Source: Planctomycetota bacterium | GTDB lineage: Bacteria > Planctomycetota > B15-G4 | Length of the DNA: 64,000 nucleotides | Reading direction: 5' to 3' | Assembly (NCBI GenBank): GCA_038212275.1 | Contig: JBBQUR010000010.1 | Location: forward strand, 96,001 to 160,000 | Made by a program: the position numbers and the translations under genes | The notes under the pieces: model-generated | Told to the model about the DNA's origin: nothing | The model's input: only the letters and a program-made list of their open reading frames with translations | The model's database searches: none | In this document: positions 40,475 through 51,299 of the stretch, in pieces | Layout of the letters: each line of letters starts with the position of its first letter | How positions within the stretch are numbered: position 1 is the stretch's first letter

Positions 40475-41233
40475 TCAGCGCGAGGCGGACGCGTCCGTCA
40501 TGCCGGCCAGCGCGGGCGCCATGGCGGCGGCCCAGCGCTCGTAGCCGGCGGCCGAGAGATGCAGCGCGTCGGGCATCACGTCCGCGGCGAGGGCGCCGTC
40601 GGTCTCGGTGAAGGCCGCACCGATGTCCAGCCAGCGCACGCGGTCGCCGTCGCAGAGCGCGGCCAGCAGCACGTTGGCGGCCTCGTTGTTGAGTCGGGCG
40701 GGGTCGGAAGCCGTCCTGCCGCGCGGGAAGATCGCGAGGAGCAGCACGCGCGTGTCGGGCATGCGCGCGTGCACCTCGGCCAGGATGGCGGCCACGCCGT
40801 CACGGATGTCCTGAGGCGACTGCATGCCGCCGCCCGTGTTGTTGGTGCCGATCATGAGCACGAGCACGCGCGGGTTCAGGCCGTCGAGGTGGCCTTCGCG
40901 CAGCCGCCACAGCACGTGCTGCGTCTGGTCGCCGCCGATGCCGAGCTCCACCGCGCCGAGGGGCGCATAGTGCCGCGCCCAGGTCGCGGCGCCATCCGTC
41001 TCCCACGCCTCGGTGATCGAGTCGCCGAGGAAGACGAGGGGCGCGGGCGGCTGCTGCATGGCCGCCTGCGTCGCGCGCTGCTGCAGCGTCACGATGCGGT
41101 CCGCGCGCCCCGGATTCGGGCACGGCGTCACGGCCGCGGCGGGCGGCGCGACATCGCCGGGTGCGGCGCAGCCGGCGAGGAACAGGAGTGCGGAGGCCGG
41201 GATCAACGACGCGATGAGCGAGGTGGTGCGCAT
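40475..41233 (-). CDS. SGNH/GDSL hydrolase lipoprotein (PAF-acetylhydrolase IB-like)
   Basis: LAGC lipobox, FLGDSIT, GIGGD, IGTNN, DALH. Confidence 0.9.
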   Translation of the reverse strand: MRTTSLIASLIPASALLFLAGCAAPGDVAPPAAAVTPCPNPGRADRIVTLQQRATQAAMQQPPAPLVFLGDSITEAWETDGAATWARHYAPLGAVELGIGGDQTQHVLWRLREGHLDGLNPRVLVLMIGTNNTGGGMQSPQDIRDGVAAILAEVHARMPDTRVLLLAIFPRGRTASDPARLNNEAANVLLAALCDGDRVRWLDIGAAFTETDGALAADVMPDALHLSAAGYERWAAAMAPALAGMTDASASR

Positions 41234-41287
41234 GCCCGGAACGCTACCACGCGCGGGCGCAGCACCGGCAGTCCGGCGCCGGGCGAC

Positions 41288-42394
41288 TCAGCCGGCGGCG
41301 AGACGGGCTGCCTCGGCGTATACGGCCAGCGTGGCCCGCGCGATGGCGTCCCAGCTGAAGTGCTGCGCGACACGCACGGGACCACGCCGCGCGAGATCCG
41401 CGCGCAGCGCCTGATCGTGCGCCATCCGCGCCAGCGCCGCGGCGAACGCGGCCTCGTCGGCGGGGTCGAAGAGCAGGCCGCAGTCTCCGACCGTCTCGGG
41501 CAGCGCTCCGCGATTGCTGGACAGCACCGGCGCGCCGCAGGCCTGCGCCTCCAGCACCGGGATGCCGAAGCCCTCGTGCAGCGACGAGCAGCAATACATC
41601 GCGGCGCCGGCCAGCAGCACGGGCAGGTCGGCCTCCGACACGCGGCCCGGCAGCAGCACACGGTCGTCGGAAAGCTTGCAGGCGCGGGCCTCGGCGCGCA
41701 GCGTGTCGGCATCGGCACCCCGCGGGCCGCCGAGCAGCAGCACCCACTCGGCCGGCAGCTCCGCGCGCGCGAAGGCCGCGAGCAGGCCGCGCTGATTTTT
41801 GCGCGGACCCGCGGCGCCGAGATTCAGCACGTAGGGCCGCGCCTGCACGCCGTGGCGCGCGAGCACCTCGTGCAGCACGTCGGGCGCGGGCCGCCGCAGC
41901 ACCGCCGTGTCGATGCCGATGGGCACGACGCGCACGCGGTCGCGAGGAAACTGCAGGTGTTCGCCGAGTGCGCGCGCGCCCTGCTCGCTGTAGGAGATGA
42001 CGAGGTGCGCGCGCTCCAGCGTCTGCCGGATGCGCGCCGTGCGCCGGGCCCGCCACTCGGGCGTGCTCAGCTCGGGGAACTCCAGCACGTTGAGGTCGTG
42101 CATCGTCACGACGCGGGCGCAGCCGCGGGGCGGCAGGCGCACGCCGATGCCGTGCAGCACGTCCAGCCCGGCCAGCGCGCGGCCCGCGAAGGCGTCGACG
42201 AGCAGGCGCGGGCGGATGCCAGGCAGCATGTCGGCGACCAGCTCGCGACGGAACCAGCGATGCGGCCGCACGAAGAGCCGGTACTCGTGCTCCGGCGCCA
42301 CGCGCGCGCAGGCGGCCACGAGCGACCAGCCGTAGTTGGAAATGCCGCCGCGTTCGGCCTTCACACACGAGCTGACGTCGAAGCCGAGCCTCAC
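41288..42394 (-). CDS. Glycosyltransferase family 4
   Basis: VVTMHDL, PRKN, EGFGIPVLEAQACG, FSWD. Confidence 0.9.
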   Translation of the reverse strand: MRLGFDVSSCVKAERGGISNYGWSLVAACARVAPEHEYRLFVRPHRWFRRELVADMLPGIRPRLLVDAFAGRALAGLDVLHGIGVRLPPRGCARVVTMHDLNVLEFPELSTPEWRARRTARIRQTLERAHLVISYSEQGARALGEHLQFPRDRVRVVPIGIDTAVLRRPAPDVLHEVLARHGVQARPYVLNLGAAGPRKNQRGLLAAFARAELPAEWVLLLGGPRGADADTLRAEARACKLSDDRVLLPGRVSEADLPVLLAGAAMYCCSSLHEGFGIPVLEAQACGAPVLSSNRGALPETVGDCGLLFDPADEAAFAAALARMAHDQALRADLARRGPVRVAQHFSWDAIARATLAVYAEAARLAAG

Positions 42395-42482
42395 GGCAGG
42401 ACCGGGCCGGGCGGCGCGGCAGGCGTCGGCGCGTCGGCGCGGCGCGCGAGGAGGTGTGCTCGCGCGCCGTCGCGCGCGGGCC

Positions 42483-42860
42483 TCACTTGCTCTTGGCCAC
42501 GTAGGCCATGCGCAGGTTCGTGAGCACGCCGCGCAGGTAGGTGTCCTCTTCCTCGGTGCGATTGCCCGCAGTCTTCTGCTCGAGCATCGCGAGCAGGTCG
42601 ATCAGGAAACGCGCGGCGGGCAGGTCCTTCTCGCGCTTGCCGGAGAGCGGGTTCTCCACCTCGCCCAGCGCCATGGTCACCTGCGAGGCCAGGTGGAAAA
42701 CGTGCAGTTGCAGCGACGGCTCGGGCATCGTGCGCGTGCCGGCCGCGGTGTCGTGCTCATGCTCGTGGCCGTGCTCGTGAGCTCCGGCGACCTCGTGCTC
42801 GTGGCCGTGGTCGTGGCCGCAGGTCTCGCCGGGGGCGTGTTCGTGCTCGTGCTCGGGCAT
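42483..42860 (-). CDS. DUF1844 protein with His-rich N-terminus
   Basis: MALGEVENP...ARFLIDLLAMLEQKTAGNRTEEE...LRMAYV. Confidence 0.85.
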   Translation of the reverse strand: MPEHEHEHAPGETCGHDHGHEHEVAGAHEHGHEHEHDTAAGTRTMPEPSLQLHVFHLASQVTMALGEVENPLSGKREKDLPAARFLIDLLAMLEQKTAGNRTEEEDTYLRGVLTNLRMAYVAKSK

Positions 42861-42865
42861 GGCTG

Positions 42866-44529
<1,664 letters not shown>

Positions 44530-44533
<4 letters not shown>

Positions 44534-45381
44534 GAGGTGCTGCCTGGAGCTCGGGAGGAGCCGCTGGAGTCGCGCTCGCGGCGCTGGAACCGCTCCACGA
44601 AGCGAGCGTAGTCCGCTGGCGTGTCGATTCCCAGAGAGGCATGGTCCGTGAGCACGACGCCGATGCGCATTCCCAGCGACAGGGCCCGGAGCTGCTCGAG
44701 CCGTTCGGCCCGCTCGAGCGCTGCGGGCGGTGCAGCGGAGAAGGCCAGCAGCGCATCGCGCCGCCAGCCGTAGACGCCGAGATGAGCCAGCGCCCCCGGG
44801 GCCAGGGGCCCCGCGCCGTCGAGGCCGTGGGGAATGGGCGCGCGGGAGAAGTAGAGGGCGTGGCCGGCGTCGTCGCGGACCAGCTTGACGGTGTGCGGAT
44901 CGCGGTAGGTGTCGGTCTCGTCGGGGCCCAGCGGGCGGGCCAGCGTCACCAGCTCCTCGCCGGTGGCGGCCAGGCGCTCGACGAGGCGGTCCAGATCGTC
45001 GGGGTTCACCTCGGGCTCGTCGCCCTGCACGTTGAGGACCAGGCGGACGTCGGCGGGAAGGCGCCGGACCACCTCGGCCACGCGGTCGCTGCCGGAGGGG
45101 TGGGACGCGTCGGTCAGCTCGACCTGGGCCCCGAAGTCCCGCGCGACGGCCGCGATGCGCTCGTCGTCGGTGGCCACGATGATCGGGTGCAGCCTGCGCG
45201 CACGGCGCACCTGTTCCCAGACGTGACGGATGAGCGCCTGCCCGGTCTGGGCGAGGAGCGGCTTGCCCGGCAGCCGCGTCGAGGCGTAGCGCACCGGCAG
45301 GATGGCGGCAGCCCGGACGCCCTCCGCGAGGACGGCCTCGCCCTGCGAGGGACCTTTCGGCCGGCCTTCCGCCGCCGTCAC
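44530..45381 (-). CDS. kdsB: 3-deoxy-manno-octulosonate cytidylyltransferase
   Basis: [44 protein letters not shown]. Confidence 0.93.
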
Positions 45382-45872
45382 GGCGCGCCCCGGAGCTGCT
45401 GCTTCTTGAGGAGCGCGCCGCCCTCCGGATTCTCGATGAACTGCGCCGAGCCGATGTGGCTGTAGTACTCATTCACCGTCAGCTTCATGTAGACGAAGGC
45501 GCTGAGCTGGTCGGCTGTCGGTCCGACCGTGGGCACCGCGAAGGTGCGGCCGGAGCCGTTCCTGCGCACCTCGATCCAGCCGCGCACACCCGAGGCCGGG
45601 GGCGCGCCGGGCGTCGACAGCGTCTGGAAGTTCAGCGTATCGAGGTCCGCGATGAGTTCATCGAGGAGCTCATCCGGGGCCAGCTTCAGGGAGGCGTCGG
45701 GCTGCTCCGTGGAGTAGATGTCGGCGAGGTCGGGATTGCTCTCGTTGGAGAGTTGCAGCAGGACCTTGGAGCGGCCGTCGTACAATCGCACCAGCAGCCG
45801 GTCGCCGCCGGAGCCGAAGCCCAGGGCCGAGCACGCGCTCAGGCTCGAGATCAGGGTCGCGAGGAGCGCCAT
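45378..45872 (-). CDS. Hypothetical lipoprotein (start uncertain)
   Basis: LSAC lipobox; stop overlaps the kdsB start. Confidence 0.55.
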   Translation of the reverse strand: MALLATLISSLSACSALGFGSGGDRLLVRLYDGRSKVLLQLSNESNPDLADIYSTEQPDASLKLAPDELLDELIADLDTLNFQTLSTPGAPPASGVRGWIEVRRNGSGRTFAVPTVGPTADQLSAFVYMKLTVNEYYSHIGSAQFIENPEGGALLKKQQLRGAP

Positions 45873-46097
45873 CCGCAGGGACCACCTGCGCAGGCTCGGA
45901 CTCAAGCGGCGACGGGCGGACGACGGAGCGGCACGCGGCCCCCCGGGCAGCCCGGTCGGTGGCGTCCCGACACACGAATTGTGAGCGCTTGCGATCAAGC
46001 GCGCGAGACTAGTGGATTGCGGAAGTAGGTACTTCGCGCAAAACAGCCTCGTTTCAGTCGGTTCAACGTCCAAGAGCCCATGCTAGAATACCGGCGC

Positions 46098-46277
46098 ATG
46101 ACCCGGAAACAGGCTACCCGAAAGCGCGCCGCTCGCAAGCCGGGACCGCGCGCCCGCATCGTCAAACCCCGCGAGCCGGACAAGACCGGCCCGGACACGT
46201 CCCGGCTGGTCATTGAGGGCGGCGACTACGAGGAAGCCATCCGGAAGGCGCTGGGGAAACCTACGAGGCCGAGGTAG
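46098..46277 (+). CDS. Small basic hypothetical protein (IS passenger)
   Basis: MTRKQ...TGPDTSRLVIEGGDYEEAIRKALGK; TAGAAT 8 nt upstream of the ATG. Confidence 0.5.
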   Translation: MTRKQATRKRAARKPGPRARIVKPREPDKTGPDTSRLVIEGGDYEEAIRKALGKPTRPR

Positions 46278-46506
46278 GCGGTATCGATGTCGGTACGGTG
46301 ATCGCCCATACCGGCTCGGACTTCGGAGCGAGGTGTCCTCGGGTCACGGCGATGCCGAGGCCAAGCTCGATGAGGTTGCGGCAGACCTCCGGCTCATCGA
46401 TGCCGTAATGGCCGCCGAAGATCAGGTCCACAACCGACTGACCCTGCCGCATGGTCAGGTTCACGGACACAGAGTAGGATGGCACGTCGTACTTGCTTTT
46501 TGGCAT
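46261..46506 (-). CDS. Putative ribbon-helix-helix DNA-binding protein (IS passenger)
   Basis: Alternating strand SVSVNLT, then helix-GHYG-helix EVCRNLIELGL, as in CopG/ParD-like RHH proteins. Confidence 0.5.
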   Translation of the reverse strand: MPKSKYDVPSYSVSVNLTMRQGQSVVDLIFGGHYGIDEPEVCRNLIELGLGIAVTRGHLAPKSEPVWAITVPTSIPPTSAS

Positions 46507-46568
46507 GTCTCAACCCGCTAGAGCCAGCTAGAGCCGCTTGAAGTACAGGTCTATCGGTGATAGGACGC

Positions 46569-46608
46569 ATACCTGTCAAGGGGGCCGCTGGCCCGTCTTG
46601 ACAGGTAT
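46569..46608. promoter_or_regulatory. 12-bp perfect inverted repeat between divergent genes, each arm containing an outward TTGACA
   Basis: ATACCTGTCAAG-N16-CTTGACAGGTAT. Confidence 0.65.
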
Positions 46609-46682
46609 CACCTTCGCCCCTATGTCCTTTCGCCAGAGCCTTGGCGGGCTGGCGAAGGGGCGCACGAGAGAAAGCGAATTAC

Positions 46683-47258
46683 ATGACGGACGGGCCACGG
46701 CTCCATTTCCGCTTCAGTGAGCGGAAAGCAACGGAAGCGACGTGCTACGTGCTTCAGAAGCTTGGTGGCAAGCGTGACTATCTCTCGGTTATCAAGCTGC
46801 TCTATCTCGCGGAGCGCGAGAGCCTGAGCCGACACCACTGGCCGATCATCGGCGACGCCTATGTATCGATGCCACACGGGCCTGTCGTAAGTACGGTCTA
46901 CAGCCTCATCAAGGATGATCGTGCCTGGCTAGAGAAGACCCCTCAATACTGGCCTGACCACATCCGCCAAGTCGATGAGAACGACATCGAGGTGTATCGG
47001 CCCTTGGCCCCGCACGAACTGACCCGGGGGGACATGCGAGTCCTCGACGAGGTGTGCGCGAGATATGCACACCTCAGCCGATGGCAGCTACGGGATCTCA
47101 CGCACACGCTCCCGGAGTGGGAAGACCCGGATGGCGGAAGCCTCCCGATCCTTCATGAGGATCTCCTGCGGATAGTGGGTCTCAGTGAATCAGAAATCGA
47201 GTCGATCAGGCTTGATACGGAGGAACTCCGGCGTATCTTCGCCGACACACATCGGTGA
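46683..47258 (+). CDS. Panacea (SocA-like/DUF4065) antitoxin
   Basis: IKLLYLAER, IIGDAYVSMPHGPVVS, QLRDLTHTLPEW. Confidence 0.88.
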   Translation: MTDGPRLHFRFSERKATEATCYVLQKLGGKRDYLSVIKLLYLAERESLSRHHWPIIGDAYVSMPHGPVVSTVYSLIKDDRAWLEKTPQYWPDHIRQVDENDIEVYRPLAPHELTRGDMRVLDEVCARYAHLSRWQLRDLTHTLPEWEDPDGGSLPILHEDLLRIVGLSESEIESIRLDTEELRRIFADTHR

Positions 47259-47270
47259 AGAGTCTCTCCT

Positions 47271-47708
47271 ATGCGGCCAAGACGCGGGCTGACGTTTACT
47301 AGTCAACGAAAGAGCCCTTCCGGGAAGCCCCACCTCTGGGTCGTGCTGTCCGAGCCCCATGGCATTCCGCCTTCACTTTTGGTGGTGAGCCTCACGTCCT
47401 ACCAACAGGGCATGTCGCGCGCGTGCATCTTCAATCAGGGCGAGCATCGTTTCATCAGACACGAGACAGTCGTGTACTACCGCGGCCTCGGATGGCTTGA
47501 AGCTGGCGAGCTACAGACGATGTTCTCGGACGCGAGCGCGATTCACGATCAGGATGCGACGCCGGACCTCATGCTCAAGATCGTTGATGCCTGCCTCATG
47601 GAGGTCTCGGAGCCCGACGGAAAAATCGGCGTCGGATACGAAAGTTACCTTGTCGAGCAGCGCAACGCCTTGCTTGTGATTCAAGCGGAGGCCAGCGACC
47701 AGCTTTAA
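47271..47708 (+). CDS. Putative PemK/MazF-like toxin
   Basis: HLWVVLS...VVSLTS...GEHRFIRHETVVYY; directly downstream of the Panacea gene. Confidence 0.6.
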   Translation: MRPRRGLTFTSQRKSPSGKPHLWVVLSEPHGIPPSLLVVSLTSYQQGMSRACIFNQGEHRFIRHETVVYYRGLGWLEAGELQTMFSDASAIHDQDATPDLMLKIVDACLMEVSEPDGKIGVGYESYLVEQRNALLVIQAEASDQL

Positions 47709-48694
47709 GCCGCAGTCTGCTGCTTGCGCGTGAGCCGCTTCCCGTCGCCCTTCTTGATGGCTATGGCGATGCGCTCCCCGTCGTCCAGCCCGCGCGTGTT
47801 ATAGAGGAAGGCGGCTTCGTCCACGTAGCGCCAAAGGTGCTTCCGGCTGACGGCGTGGTGAGTGCCGTAGAACTTCCGCTTGAGCAGGGAGAAGAAGCCT
47901 TCGACCGTGTTCGTGCAAACGTCGCCGCGCGCGTATTCGCGGATCGAATGGTTGACACGGGAGTGCTTGGCGAAGCCCCGCGTGGCCTTCCGGTACGAGC
48001 GGTAGTCGTCGGTCATGATGTGCGACGACGGGGCAACGTGGCCCTCAAGCTCCGCGCGCAAGGTCTGCGCGGTCACGTTCGCCACGGGTGACGCCCGAAC
48101 CTCGCCACCGCGCTCCACCATGGCAAAGACCGGCACCTTGTCGTGCGCGCGGCCAAGCTTGGTCGGATCGGCCGGGCCAGCGTGATACTGCTTGCGGCGA
48201 GGCCGACCGCCCACGAAGGTCTCGTCAGCCTCCACGATGCCCTTGAGCAGTCGCGGAGCCGGTCCCGCGTCGTCGGACATGGCCCAGCGGATGCGGTGCA
48301 TGAGGAACAGCGCGGACTTGTAGGTAAGCCCGGTCTGGCGCTGAATCTCAAGGGCGCTCACACCCTTCTTCCCGGCGCAGGCGGCCCAGAACGCATATGC
48401 CCAGTGGCGCAGCGGGATCGGGGAGTCCTCAAGGATGGTTCCGACCCGGACGCTGTACTGCTTGTTGCAGTCCTTGCAGCGCCAGAGGAAGCGACGATTG
48501 CGCTTGCCGCTCGCTCGGTCGGTCATCTGATAGACCGACACGCTCCCGCAATGGACGCAGGCCGGGCTACCAGCCCAGCGGATGCGCTCGAAGAACTCGA
48601 CGGCCATGGTCTCGCCCGAGCAGGTGAGCGGCATCGCCGCGATGATCTCGGACTGGCCCGACGCGACCTTGGTACGGCTGCCCTTGGCATTCAT
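47705..48694 (-). CDS. IS1595-family (ISXO2-like) DDE transposase
   Basis: Zinc ribbon CVHC...CKDC, KKGVSAL, VEADETFVGG, IMTDD, VNHS..EY, TNTVEGFFSLLKR, YVDE. Confidence 0.95.
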   Translation of the reverse strand: MNAKGSRTKVASGQSEIIAAMPLTCSGETMAVEFFERIRWAGSPACVHCGSVSVYQMTDRASGKRNRRFLWRCKDCNKQYSVRVGTILEDSPIPLRHWAYAFWAACAGKKGVSALEIQRQTGLTYKSALFLMHRIRWAMSDDAGPAPRLLKGIVEADETFVGGRPRRKQYHAGPADPTKLGRAHDKVPVFAMVERGGEVRASPVANVTAQTLRAELEGHVAPSSHIMTDDYRSYRKATRGFAKHSRVNHSIREYARGDVCTNTVEGFFSLLKRKFYGTHHAVSRKHLWRYVDEAAFLYNTRGLDDGERIAIAIKKGDGKRLTRKQQTAA

Positions 48695-48739
48695 GGTTGC
48701 GGATCATGCGTCATCACTATCTTTGCGTCAAGGGTAAAA

Positions 48740-49381
48740 TCATAGAGAGCGGTTCATGTCGCGAAGAATGTCATCCAGCTTGTCGAGCGTTCGGAGGATG
48801 GCGGCGGATAGGTTCTTGGTATCGCCGGTGCTTAGCAATTCATCCTTCACCCCAAGGATCGGACCGACACGATAGGCCTCCATGGGGCCACACGCTAAGG
48901 GTAGGTCTTGGTGCAGCAGATCAACCCAATCCGAGTAGCGCTTGCCCCATGGCTCGAAACGAGCGAACGGCTGGAAGTTCGGCGGCAGGTCAATGATTAG
49001 CAAGGCTCCATCGCGCTTGAGCCCGGCAACTATCGCCAGCTTGTTGCGAGTCACACGGCTTGCCTCAAGATTGCCTTCAAGGGCTCGGATGCGGTTCGCT
49101 CGCCCTGCGTCGTTGAGAGCGACGACGCGAATCGCCTGGACCACCCAAGCGGCCAGTGCGACCAAGAACAGGGCGGCGCCTGTATATGCGAGGTAGCGAA
49201 GCTGGCTCTCGGCCGCTGCGGAGTCGCCAAACGCGAGCATCAAGCCGATGGCTACCATGGCGACCACCAAGGCCAACACGGCTCCGCCAAGCGGCCAATG
49301 GCCGAGTGCGGCCAGCGCCCGCTTGCGGGATTCCCGCAACACCTTGCGCCAATACCGCCAAACGATGCCCTGTTTGCCCAT
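48740..49381 (-). CDS. Hypothetical membrane protein (IS passenger)
   Basis: 213-aa ORF with two predicted TM helices and a coiled-coil-like stretch, inside the IS ends. Confidence 0.6.
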   Translation of the reverse strand: MGKQGIVWRYWRKVLRESRKRALAALGHWPLGGAVLALVVAMVAIGLMLAFGDSAAAESQLRYLAYTGAALFLVALAAWVVQAIRVVALNDAGRANRIRALEGNLEASRVTRNKLAIVAGLKRDGALLIIDLPPNFQPFARFEPWGKRYSDWVDLLHQDLPLACGPMEAYRVGPILGVKDELLSTGDTKNLSAAILRTLDKLDDILRDMNRSL

Positions 49382-49457
49382 AGATCGCGAACCTTACCAA
49401 CCATGCTCATTCCCCGCTTTCCGGCGCTAATTGCGCCAAGTACCCACTTCGCGTGGA

Positions 49458-50201
49458 TTGCCGCAAACCTTGTCAAGCCAAGCTGATACGTCCGCTGGAG
49501 GTGCCGACCGCGAGGCCTCGGCAGCCGGCGCGACGCTCTCCGTCGCGGCGCTCCGGAGCCTCCCCTCCACGGTGCTGAAGCACGAGGGCGACGGGGCGGC
49601 GCGCGTGGTCCGCATCGACCTTCCCGAGGGCGCGGTGGTGCTCAAGGAGTGGCGCCCCGAGGGGCTGCTCATGGGCTGGTGGGCGCGCTGGCTCATGCGT
49701 CGGGAGATCCGGCACTACCGGCTGCTGCTCGGTGCGCGCGGCATCCCGCGCTACCGCGGCCACGAAGGTGACCACGCGCTGGTGCTCCAGTGCATCGACG
49801 GACTGCCGATCAAGCGCCAGCTCGAGCCGGCGCGCCTGCGCCTCGGCCTCGACTCGCTCGACCGGGTGCTCGCCGAGCTGCATGCGCGCCGCTTCGTGCA
49901 CCTCGACCTGCACCAGAAACTCAATGCGCTCATCGACCCGACCGGCGAAGCATGGCTCATCGACCTCGGCCAGGGACTCAGCGGCAGCTCCGGCCTCGTG
50001 AAGCTGGTGGCGCCGGCGCTCTTCCCGCTGCTGGCTCGCATCGACCGCAACGCGGTGCTGAAGTTCCGGGCGCGCTATGCGCCTGACACGCTGGACCCGG
50101 CACGGCGCGACCGCCTCGTCGCGCGCTTCGGCGGGCGCAGCACGTGGTGGCCCAAGCTGCTCGGCCGTCGTCTGCGCCGACTGCTCACCGGCGAACGCTG
50201 A
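49458..50201 (+). CDS. RIO/Kdo-kinase-like protein kinase-fold protein (start uncertain)
   Basis: VVLKEW, RRE..Y..L, LHARRFVHLDLH..N, WLIDLG. Confidence 0.7.
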   Translation: MPQTLSSQADTSAGGADREASAAGATLSVAALRSLPSTVLKHEGDGAARVVRIDLPEGAVVLKEWRPEGLLMGWWARWLMRREIRHYRLLLGARGIPRYRGHEGDHALVLQCIDGLPIKRQLEPARLRLGLDSLDRVLAELHARRFVHLDLHQKLNALIDPTGEAWLIDLGQGLSGSSGLVKLVAPALFPLLARIDRNAVLKFRARYAPDTLDPARRDRLVARFGGRSTWWPKLLGRRLRRLLTGER

Positions 50202-50343
50202 GCGGCGGCCGCCGTCCGAGCCCGCGCGCGCCGCGTCGAAGTCCGCGAGATTCGTCTTTTGCTTCGATTGAAACGGGGTTTTGGGCTGCCTACCATCGCT
50301 TCCGGTTGGCGAACAAAAACGGAGGGTGAATCAAGTGAGTGGC

Positions 50344-51177
50344 ATGGGCAGTGTCGAGCGCGTTCTCGTGCTCGGAATCGTTGTGGTGATCGTTGCGATC
50401 CTCGGAATCACGATCTGGGGTGCGGCGGGTGACGAACCGGGTGCTGTGCTGGCCGCGACGGATGGCGGCGTGTCCAACATCGTTCCCGGTTCACTCGACG
50501 GCATGACGGGCGCGCAGCCCGCCGTGGCGAGCGCCGAGTCGAACGTCGCGCCGCTCAGCGAGATCGAGAAGATGCGTGAGCTGAAGGCGGCCGAGGCGAA
50601 GGAGCGCGGCGTGCAGCTGGGCAACTCACCGGTCACGCTGCCTGCCTCGGGCCTCGTCGTCGACGCCGGCGCACCGGCGCCCACGGGCGCCGTGCCGCTC
50701 GAGAGCAGCGTGAGTGCGGCGCCCGCCACGGGCACGCCGATTGCGCTGCCGATCATCGGCCCGGAACAGCCGGCCGCGGGCAAGACCTCCGGCCCGGCAA
50801 CTCACACGGTCGTGTCCGGTGACAGCATCTGGAAGATCGCGCATCACGCCTACGGCGACGCGAACATCCAGGAGCACATCGACGCGATCCTGGCCGCGAA
50901 CCCGCAGGTGGATGCCGAGAACCTGAAGATCGGCACCAAGCTCACGCTGCCCGGTGCGGATGCCAAGGATGTCGCGCGGCAGTCGCCGGCCAAGCAGGTC
51001 GCGGCGCTCAGCGGCAGCCTCTACGAGGTCAAGAAGGGCGACACGCTCTCGAGCATCGCGCGCTCGAAGCTCGGCAACTCGGCCAAGTGGAAGTCCATCT
51101 ACGAGCTCAATCGCGAGCGCATCCAGGATCCGGCGAGCATCAAGGCCGGGACGACGCTGCGCCTGCCCAACAACTGA
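50344..51177 (+). CDS. Membrane-anchored protein with two LysM domains
   Basis: N-terminal TM; HTVVSGDSIWKIA...LKIGTKLTLP and YEVKKGDTLSSIA...IKAGTTLRLP. Confidence 0.9.
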   Translation: MGSVERVLVLGIVVVIVAILGITIWGAAGDEPGAVLAATDGGVSNIVPGSLDGMTGAQPAVASAESNVAPLSEIEKMRELKAAEAKERGVQLGNSPVTLPASGLVVDAGAPAPTGAVPLESSVSAAPATGTPIALPIIGPEQPAAGKTSGPATHTVVSGDSIWKIAHHAYGDANIQEHIDAILAANPQVDAENLKIGTKLTLPGADAKDVARQSPAKQVAALSGSLYEVKKGDTLSSIARSKLGNSAKWKSIYELNRERIQDPASIKAGTTLRLPNN

Positions 51178-51299
51178 GCCGGCTTCGCCAGCCCTGGGTC
51201 GTACGAGCGCGGCGCGCGCGATGTCGGAGCACGACATCCGCGCGCCGCGCCCTTTTGTGCCTGTGACTTTTCCGGAGCCCGTCGCGGAGCGCGCATGCG

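Larger units (their letters stand above)
46020..49452 (-). mobile_element. IS1595-family element carrying passenger genes (about 3.4 kb)
   Basis: Terminal IRs CGGAAGTAGGTACTTCGCGCAA (46020-46041) and reverse complement GCGAAGTGGGTACTTGGCGCAA (49452-49431), 18/22 match; flanking 8-bp direct repeat GTGGATTG (46012-46019, 49453-49460); internal IS1595 transposase; lower GC. Confidence 0.88.
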
